64,000 nt of DNA from Alphaproteobacteria bacterium. GTDB taxonomy: Bacteria > Pseudomonadota > Alphaproteobacteria > UBA828. Shown one piece after another: positions 56,622 through 64,000 of the stretch. How positions within the stretch are numbered: the stretch's first letter is position 1; each line of letters begins with the position of its first letter. Position numbers and translations under genes: made by a program. The notes beneath the pieces are model-generated. The model worked only from the letters and a program-made list of their open reading frames with translations, had not been told where the DNA came from and did not search any database. Location: positions 87,457 through 151,456 of the forward strand of contig CAXXVO010000013.1 in assembly GCA_963422645.2 (NCBI GenBank), written 5' to 3'.

Positions 56622-57889
56622 CAGCCGATCGCCTCCAGGCCGCCGAGATAGGGGCGGAGCGCTTCGGGCACGGTCAAGCCGCCGTCCTCCCGCTGGTAGG
56701 TCTCAAGCACGGCAACCAGGGTGCGGCCAACCGCGAGCGCCGAGCCGTTCAGGGTATGGACGAAGTGCGTCTGCCTCTCGCCGGCCTTGCGAAAGCGGGC
56801 GTTCATCCGCCGCGCCTGGAAGTCTCCGCAGTTGGAGCAGCTCGAGATTTCGCGGTAGCGCCCCTGCCCCGGCAGCCAAACCTCGATGTCGTAGGTCTTG
56901 CGGGCCGAGAATCCCATGTCGCCTGCACACAGCACCACCACCTGGTAGGCGAGGCCGAGGCGCTTCAGCACCTCTTCGGCGCAGGCGGTCATGCGCTCGT
57001 GCTCGGCCTCCGAGTCCTCCGGCCGGGTCACGCTCACCAGCTCGACCTTGGAGAACTGGTGCTGGCGCAGCATGCCCCGCGTATCCTTGCCCGCAGCCCC
57101 GGCCTCGGCGCGGAAGCAAGGGGTATACGCGGTGAAGCGCAGCGGCAGCGCGTCCTCCTCCAGGATCTCGCCGGCCACGAGATTGGTGAGCGGCATCTCT
57201 GCCGTCGGGATCAGCCAGAAGCCGTCGGCGGTGTGGAACAGGTCCTCCTCGAACTTCGGCAGGTTGCCGGTGCCAAAGGCGGCGGCATCGCGCACCAGCA
57301 GCGGCGGCGCGGTCTCGGTGTAGCCGAACTCGGTGGTGTGCATGTCGAGCATGAAGGCAGCCAGCGCTCGCTCCAGTCGCGCCAAGGCGCCGGAGAGCAC
57401 GACGAAACGGGAGCCCGAGAGCTTGGCCGCCCGCTCGAAGTCCATCAGCCCAAGCGCCTCGCCGATCTCGAAATGATGGCGGGCGCCGCCGTCCACGTGC
57501 GCCGGCTCGCCCCAGCGCCTGATCTCGACATTGTCGCTTTCGTCGGCGCCGTCGGGCACGTCTGCAGCCGGAGGGTTGGGGAGGCCTGAGAGCAACTCGT
57601 TGAGTTCTGTGCCCAGCGCCTTCTCACGCTTCTCGAGCTCCTGGGCCGTGAGCTTGAGCGCCGTGACATCTTGGCGAAGGGCCAGCGTGTCCTCGCCCCT
57701 GCCCCTGGCGGCGCCGATCTCCTTTGAAATCCGGTTGCGCGCCGTCTGGCAGTCCTGAAGCGCGGTCAAGGCCTCGCGCCGGCGCGCGTCGAGCGCGATC
57801 ACCCGCTCTGCATGGGGCTCCACGCCGCGCCGGGCTAGGCCTGCGTCGAACGCAGCATCGTTCTCGCGAATCGACCGGGCGCTGAACAT
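56621..57889 (-). CDS. serS: Serine--tRNA ligase
   Basis: N-terminal coiled coil, [46 protein letters not shown]. Confidence 0.98.
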   Translation of the reverse strand: MFSARSIRENDAAFDAGLARRGVEPHAERVIALDARRREALTALQDCQTARNRISKEIGAARGRGEDTLALRQDVTALKLTAQELEKREKALGTELNELLSGLPNPPAADVPDGADESDNVEIRRWGEPAHVDGGARHHFEIGEALGLMDFERAAKLSGSRFVVLSGALARLERALAAFMLDMHTTEFGYTETAPPLLVRDAAAFGTGNLPKFEEDLFHTADGFWLIPTAEMPLTNLVAGEILEEDALPLRFTAYTPCFRAEAGAAGKDTRGMLRQHQFSKVELVSVTRPEDSEAEHERMTACAEEVLKRLGLAYQVVVLCAGDMGFSARKTYDIEVWLPGQGRYREISSCSNCGDFQARRMNARFRKAGERQTHFVHTLNGSALAVGRTLVAVLETYQREDGGLTVPEALRPYLGGLEAIG

Positions 57890-57899
57890 GACGGCCGGG

Positions 57900-57927
57900 C
57901 TTGTAACCGTCGGAAATCCTTTGTCAA
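57900..57927 (-). promoter_or_regulatory. Putative serS promoter
   Basis: TTGACA-16bp-TACAAG on the minus strand, ending 10 nt before the ATG. Confidence 0.5.
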
Positions 57928-57947
57928 TACTTCAACGCACAAATTGT

Positions 57948-58385
57948 GTAACTGCCCAGGTACCCCCTCTCTCTTATGGAACAAGCCAGTTCCTTTTGCG
58001 TCAACGCCCCCACGCCGCGGGGGTGCCTACTCTCTTGAGCGCGAGAGGATGATGAACGCCGCGTCGCGAACAAGATGAGAGGACAGCGATACTCAGGATG
58101 AGCCGGAGAAGTTCAGGAGCGCAGTATAGGGATCAGCTGCATCGGTTCCGGGTGCGCCAGGATTTGCAGGATGTTCCAGCCTTGCTTTCGAGCGGTGACG
58201 ATGACGCTGCGCATTCCGGCGAAGTTGCAGGCGCCTTGCAGGGAGCGGAAGCCGCCTGAGATCTTCTCATGCACTTTGTTCATACGGATGTCACGCTCCG
58301 CCTCGTTATTCGTGAACGGCGTGCGCAGGTCGGTGAGGAAGCGCAGGCAGCCCTCCTTATGCTTTTGAAGGCGGCGCGCGAGGTT
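57948..58385 (-). mobile_element. Right-end remnant of the IS66 element (tnpC 3' end plus IRR)
   Basis: Reverse complement of 14568-15005 with one substitution seen; begins GTAACTGCCCAGGTACCCC; cut by the next element. Confidence 0.93.
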
Positions 58386-60744
58386 CAGACTTCCTGACCT
58401 CTGCTGATTTTAGGTGACACGAGCCGCGCGGATTCCGAGGCCCCGTCGATGTCGTAGACTATGCGCAGACGGGTGCCGGGGAAGACCGTTTCGGTGGCGT
58501 TCAGGTCGCTCAGAACCGCATCGATCCAACGGTCGCAGGCGTCGTTTGCGAGGCCAAGAATGTGGACCCGCAGGAGGCCATTGCCAGGATCCGGCAGGAT
58601 GTCGGCATCGGCGGTGAGCAGCGCTTGAAGCAGTTTCCGGGGATGGGGCTTGTGGCCCTGCGCCTGCATGACGGGAAGCATCATGCGGGTTTCGGCGCGG
58701 TAGGCGATCATCCGGATGACGTCGAGGAGGAGGCGCTCGCGCGCGGGCAAGGCATCGAGCTGCTCGGCTTCGTCGAGGTCGCCGGCCCGGCAGTGCTTGG
58801 GCGTCTCCCTGCGGCTGGCCCTGACGATGTCGCGGACATCCTGGAGGTCCCTGACTTCCCTCCTGAGTTCCGCCGTCGGCTGCTTCTTCCGGGCCGTGTC
58901 GGCGATGCGGTTGCGCAGGCGGCCAAGCTGGCGGTCGAGGCGATGGATTGCCTTGTCATAGGCCCGCCGCAGCGGGTTGACGACCATGGCGGCGGGATCG
59001 AGAGGCTCGAGCTCGTGGGTCGGCAGGGCGTCGAGATTGAACTCGTCACGCATGTACTTGAAGAAGTTCTCCTGCGACCAGCGCGAGAACATGGCGCCCG
59101 CAACCTCAGCCATCGGCTTGTGCGGATCGGTGGTGATCAGCGGCACCTGACGGCCGTTGTCGAGCAGGCGGCGGATCTGGCGCACCCTGAAGCCGTTCGG
59201 CAACGTCACCGGCTTCTCAGCCAGCCGCATGGTGGCGCTGCCGTCCGCCGCCGGTCCGTGAATGGGAACGGTCATCGCGCCGAAGTCCTCGGCCGGCCAG
59301 TCCTCGCCCCTGAAGTTCTTGTGCCAGGTCAGGCAGGCGACGCCGCGCCTCGCCAGCCGGCGGAACAGATCCGGGCTCCAGCCCTCGCGGTCGAAGACCA
59401 GGGTGAGCGCCGGCTGGCCGGGATGCTCGGCGGTCAGGTCCGGCGCCCCGGCGCCAACGATCCCAAGCTCCTGCAGCGCCGGCACCACGTCGGCTTCGAT
59501 GGCCGCGACCATCTTCGGGTCCAGCGGCTTGTGCAGACAGAGCAGCGGCTTGCCGCCCAGAGCGTTGATCCAGTAGCTGGCGCTCGCCGGCAGGCACAGC
59601 TTCTCGCGCGAGACGAAGTGCTTGGGCAAGCGCCCCTTGCGGCCGGAGTAGACCTTGACGTGCCCGTCGATGGCCAGCGTCGCCCAGAGCTCCGGCTCGT
59701 CGGCGCCTGCCAGCGCCTGGCAAGGGCGAGCTGCCACGCCCGCACGCCGGCCTCGTCGTCGGCGATGAGAGCGATCTTGCGGCGCAGCGTCTTGACCTCG
59801 GGGCAGCGATCGAGGCCGAGAATGGCGCCCCATTCGCCCGGCGCCTGGTAGCGCAGGCTCTCGGGGTTGCGCACCCGCGCCAAGGTCATGAAGGCCAGGA
59901 AGAGCAGGATCGTAGGCAAGCCGTAATAGCCCTTCGGCAGCAATGGCAGGAGACCGGTCTCGGAGAGAAGACCTTCCTTCAGCAGGGCCGGCAGGGCGGC
60001 GAGCACGCCGCCGAAGCGGACACCGCGGGCGGCGGCGGCGAACTGCGGTTCGACCGGCCCCGCCTGTCCACAACTGGCCAGAACCCGAGCCGGAACATCG
60101 CAAGTCGCACGCCCCATCGGCGCCTGCCGGTCCCGCCGATCGCGCGCGCTGCGATCCGTTTGCGGCTGCGCTTCCAGCCCCGGCGCCGTCTCCGGCCCCG
60201 GGGCACCGGTACTCTCTTCATCGACACGGCCTTCAGGAGCCGCACCCGCGTCAGGCGGCGCAGCCAGCGCTGAGCGTCCGGGCTCCCCATCCGCCTCCGT
60301 GTTGCCGATCAGTCCCTGACGGCGCCACTTGTTGACCGATGGCGCTGACACGCCGAGAACCCGGGCCGCCGCAGAGCCGCTCAGGCCCGATGCCAGCAAC
60401 GCCGTCGCCTTCTCCGCCAACTCCGGAGTGAACACCGACGGCCCGCGACCGCGCCGGGGCTTCATGAACCCCGCTTCGCCCTCGGCCAGGTAGCGCCGTC
60501 GTGCGCGCTGCACCGTCGCGCGCGAGACAGCGAAAGCGTCAGCCAGTTCCTGCGGCGAGACCGCGCTGATCGCCGCGAGGCGGCCGATCCGCAAGAGCAT
60601 GGCCGTGCGGTCATCGGCGGCGTGGCTGTCAAAGGGAATGAGGTTGGAAAAGTAGGTGAAGGTGTCGTCCGAGATCAGGACGGCGAAGCAGCTGTTGCCG
60701 ATCGAGACCGCCTCTGGAGGGCACATTGGGAGGGTACTGGGCAT
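58385..60744 (-). pseudogene. Large DDE-like transposase (about 786 aa if joined) with a frameshift near 59705
   Basis: Two N-terminal HTH-like segments, AIDGHVKVY, VFDREGW, RWSQENFF; split between ORFs 59434-60762 and 58385-60103; stop codon lies at the IR. Confidence 0.75.
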
Positions 60745-60900
60745 GGTTGAGACCCCGTGCAATTGGTATCAAATTATAATATCAGACCTCGGGCGCGACA
60801 CCCAGCGAAAAACCGCCTGAAACAACCGAAATGTATCAGAATTCAAGGAGTTCCCGGCACGCTGCCCAGAACAGCCAGCATCACGAGGTCAGGAAGTCTG
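58386..60900 (-). mobile_element. Unclassified IS-like element (about 2.5 kb)
   Basis: Perfect IRs CAGACTTCCTGACCTC / GAGGTCAGGAAGTCTG (extendable by TT/AA); interrupts the IS66 remnant; no TSD. Confidence 0.85.
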
Positions 60901-60989
60901 AAACTAGAAAATTCCGGAAACAAATACGCTCTCGGGCTTTCGCCCGGCGGTGCGGCGCGCGAGGTTCGCGCGCCGCCTTTCCGGTCGGG

Positions 60990-61536
60990 CTAAGGCGTGA
61001 TGCCCTCACTCTTGAGGCCGAGCACGCCCTGCTCCTCGATCAACTCCAGGATCTGCTCGTCGTTGCGCATCCAGCGCCGCGCCTTCTTGTCCTTCGTCTC
61101 CAGGCCCCGCTCGGCGGCCCACTTGGCGGACGAAGCCGTTGGCGCCCCGCCACTTGCCGCCCTCGGGCCGCACGAACTGGACCGCGAAGGTGGTGATGCC
61201 GTAGTTGGTCGTGAACAGGCCGTCGACCGTCACCCGCTGGTTGCAGAAGGGGATGAGATCGGCGGTCGGCCCGGTAAAGGGGCCGGCGTTCTTGAGCGGC
61301 AGCACCAGGGTGCCGTCGTCCTGCAGCAGGCCGAGCAGGCGATTGCCGGCGCCGCAGTCCTCGGGGCAGTCGCCGCTCAGGACGCAGAGCACGTCGGTGA
61401 CATTGGCGTCGAAGCGCGCCTCCAACTCGTCGGGCAGCCCCCAGCTATTGGCAGCGGAGGCGACGCCGGCGGCCGCCATGGAGCCTGCGAATACCAGGGC
61501 CGCGGCGAAGCGGATCATCGTGCGATGGGCCATCAT
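60990..61536 (-). CDS. Exported Cys-containing hypothetical protein; frameshift near 61125
   Basis: Signal peptide, DVLCVLSGDCPEDCGAGNR; plausible C-terminus KWAAERGL...EGITP* in the adjacent frame. Confidence 0.65.
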
Positions 61537-61538
61537 GC

Positions 61539-61988
61539 CTAAAGCCCTCCCGGCTGAACGTCGAAGTCCTCGTGGGAGTAGTTCACGATCCCGTGGTCCT
61601 CGACGATTTCGCTCACGGCGAGATACTTGACGCTGTCGCGCTCGTAGAGATCGCCGGTTACGACGACCTCGTTTGTCTGCATGCGGAACACCGCCTTGTT
61701 GCCGATCACGTCGGGATTGTCCTCGAGCATGAGCAGGACGTAGACCTCCTCCTCGTCCTCGCTCAGGATGCCCACCGGCACGCCGCCCCGCGCGCACCAG
61801 ACCGCGCAGCGGTGATGGGCCGAGCCAGTTGCCCACATGATCTCGCTCAGATAGCACCAGGAATCGATGACCTCGCCGGTCACCGTGATCCGCTGGGGCT
61901 CCGCCGCCGAGGCCGGTGCCGCGGCGACGGCCGCGAGCCCCATGCCTCCGGCGACCAAGCCTGCGGCCGCCAACCCTATCAAGCGCAT
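61539..61988 (-). CDS. Exported Cys/His-containing hypothetical protein
   Basis: Signal peptide, GEVIDSWCY...HHRCAVWCARGGVPVG. Confidence 0.7.
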   Translation of the reverse strand: MRLIGLAAAGLVAGGMGLAAVAAAPASAAEPQRITVTGEVIDSWCYLSEIMWATGSAHHRCAVWCARGGVPVGILSEDEEEVYVLLMLEDNPDVIGNKAVFRMQTNEVVVTGDLYERDSVKYLAVSEIVEDHGIVNYSHEDFDVQPGGL

Positions 61989-62276
61989 GTTCTTGATCCC
62001 CGCGTTGCAGTTTTCGTCGCGTAACGCTTTGCGCACAATGGCTTCGCGCGCTCCTGCCACAGATATTGGCCCGGGCGGCGCCCTTCGCAAGCACGCCGCT
62101 CAGGCCGGGCAGGTGCGGGCGACACTAACAAGCTTCGCCTGCCCCCGCCATGCGAGCGGCCGGTCTGGCCGTGCAACAGTTCGTGAAGGGCCGCGAGCGT
62201 TTCGCGCGCGCGGCAAACCGTCTAAAACCCCGGCAGCGCGCTCTTCGCAGCGGCGCGAGTGCGGGAGGAGAGGTCG

Positions 62277-63863
62277 ATGCGTGATTTTCAGCATCCGGGG
62301 CGGTCCATGGTCCACGGCACGCGCGGCATGGCGGCGACCTCGCACCCGCAGGCGACGGCGACCGCCATCGAGGTGCTGCGCGCTGGCGGCAACGCCGTGG
62401 ACGCGGCGGTCGCGGCCTGCGCCGTCCAAGGCGTGGTCGAACCGCAATCCACCGGTATCGGCGGCGACTGCTTCGCTCTCTACGCCCCCGGCGGCCGGGT
62501 GCCGCCCTACGCCATCAACGGATCGGGCCGGGCACCGGCTGCGGCGAGCGTCGAGTGGTTTCGGGCGCAGGGCATCGATGCCATCGATTTCGAGAGCGCC
62601 CACGCCGTCACCGTGCCGGGCGCCGTCGGCACCTGGGAGCGGCTGCTCGCGGACCACGGCACCAAGGGCCTCGACGAGATGCTCCAGCCCGCCATCCGCT
62701 ACGCCGAGGAGGGCTTCGTCGTCCACAGCCGCGTCGCCCACGACTGGGCGCAGAACGTGGAGAAGCTTCAGGGCTGCGAGAACGCCCGCGCCATCTACCT
62801 GCCCGACGGCCGCGCGCCCGCCGTCGGCACCCTTCACCGCCTGCCGGCGCTGGCGGAGACGCTGCGCCTGATCGCGAAGGAGGGCGCGGAAGCGTTCTAC
62901 AAGGGCGCCATCGCGGACGACATCGTGGCCCATCTCACCGCCCACGGCAGCCTGATGACGGCGGACGACCTCGCCGGCTTCGCACCCCAGGCGGTGGAGC
63001 CCATCAGCGCCAACTACAGGGGCTACGACATCTACGAATGCCCGCCCAACGGGCAGGGCATCATCGCGCTGCTCATCCTCAACATGCTCGAGGGCTTCGA
63101 CCTCGCCGGGCTCGACCCGGTGGGCGCGGAGCGCCTGCACCTGGAGGCCGAAGCCACGCGCCTCGGCTATCGCGACCGCGCCGCGCTGATCGCCGACCCA
63201 GACGCGGTCGACGTGCCGGCGGACGCGCTACTCTCCACCCAGTACGCCGATGCCATGCGCCGCCATATCGACCCGGCGCGGGCCATGCCGGCGGAGCTCC
63301 CGCCCGGCTGCCCGGCCCACGGCGATACCATCTACCTCACTGTGGTGGACGGAGACGGCAACGCGATCTCCTTCATCAACTCGCTCTTCGCGGCCTTCGG
63401 CTCAGGGCTCTGCACGGCCTCCGGCGTGATGCTGCAGAACCGGGGGGCGAGCTTCGTCATCGACGCCGACCACCCCAACCGCATCGCCGGCGGCAAGCGG
63501 CCCATGCACACGATCATCCCCGGCATGGTGGGCCAGGGTGAGCACGCGGTGATGCCCTTCGGCGTGATGGGCGGGCACTTCCAGGCCTGCGGCCACGCCC
63601 ACTTCCTCACCAACGTGATCGATTACGGCATGGACCCGCAGGCGGCGCTGGACTGCCCCCGCGCCTTCCACTTCGGCGGCGTGCTGACGCTGGAGACCAC
63701 CATCGCCGAGGCGACCGCCCGGCGCCTAGCCGCCCTCGGTCACGAGGTCGCGTGGGCAACGGTGCCTCACGGCGGCGGTCAGGCGATCGCGATCGACCGC
63801 GAGACCGGCGTGCTAACCGGCGGCTCCGACCCCCGCAAGGACGGCTGCGCGCTGGGGATTTGA
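62277..63863 (+). CDS. ggt: Gamma-glutamyltransferase family protein
   Basis: GGNAVDAA, EPQSTGIGGD, TVPG, PPNGQG, DTIY nucleophile Thr, KRPMHTIIP, GVMGG, DPRKDG. Confidence 0.93.
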   Translation: MRDFQHPGRSMVHGTRGMAATSHPQATATAIEVLRAGGNAVDAAVAACAVQGVVEPQSTGIGGDCFALYAPGGRVPPYAINGSGRAPAAASVEWFRAQGIDAIDFESAHAVTVPGAVGTWERLLADHGTKGLDEMLQPAIRYAEEGFVVHSRVAHDWAQNVEKLQGCENARAIYLPDGRAPAVGTLHRLPALAETLRLIAKEGAEAFYKGAIADDIVAHLTAHGSLMTADDLAGFAPQAVEPISANYRGYDIYECPPNGQGIIALLILNMLEGFDLAGLDPVGAERLHLEAEATRLGYRDRAALIADPDAVDVPADALLSTQYADAMRRHIDPARAMPAELPPGCPAHGDTIYLTVVDGDGNAISFINSLFAAFGSGLCTASGVMLQNRGASFVIDADHPNRIAGGKRPMHTIIPGMVGQGEHAVMPFGVMGGHFQACGHAHFLTNVIDYGMDPQAALDCPRAFHFGGVLTLETTIAEATARRLAALGHEVAWATVPHGGGQAIAIDRETGVLTGGSDPRKDGCALGI

Positions 63864-64000
63864 AGGGGCGCGTGCGCACTTGTGCGCAACCAGGAACGCC
63901 GGAACTAGGCCTTGCTCTTACAACTTGGTTCCACTGCCTAGACTCACACCCTCCAAGTGCTGATAATCACTGCGCGGTAACCGGGCATTGAATGTAAGTA

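Noticed and set aside
47448-57947. Composite transposon carrying lysS-serS between two IS66 ends
   Set aside because: The element bodies lie outside the block and both are truncated, they belong to different variants, and the inner flanks (CAAAATAC vs CAAATTGT) do not match; the content is core genes.
63864-64000. Lower-GC tail, possibly an RNA gene or element end
   Set aside because: No tRNA/rRNA signature or repeat partner is visible and the region is cut by the window edge; it cannot be called.

Overview
High-GC chromosomal DNA from an alphaproteobacterium, judged from the class I LysRS, DUF1476, the purC-purS-purQ-purL-bolA-grxD order and alphaproteobacterial palindromic repeats. Housekeeping genes (nadE, cysS, rpsD, pur cluster, parE, aceA/aceB with a RamB-type regulator, lysS, dinG, nlpD, surE, serS, ggt) alternate with catabolic/transport genes and a heavy load of mobile elements. 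The main find is an IS66-family (single-ORF, ISBst12-type) element that carries a small DNA adenine methyltransferase inside its inverted repeats, overlapping the transposase start codon. One copy is complete (12498-15005, 8-bp target duplication), a second is diverged and truncated (46558-47447), and a third is a right-end remnant (57948-58385). Both left ends keep a 17-bp-spaced promoter and a hairpin over the RBS although the surrounding sequence differs. Also present: two identical-looking IS21 copies, an IS1380-like element inserted exactly at the lysS start codon, an unclassified DDE element, two inverted copies of an unidentified GANTC-rich element end, and several pseudogenes or frameshifts. 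No rRNA, tRNA or CRISPR array was recognised. All family calls come from motif recognition by eye; no searches were run.
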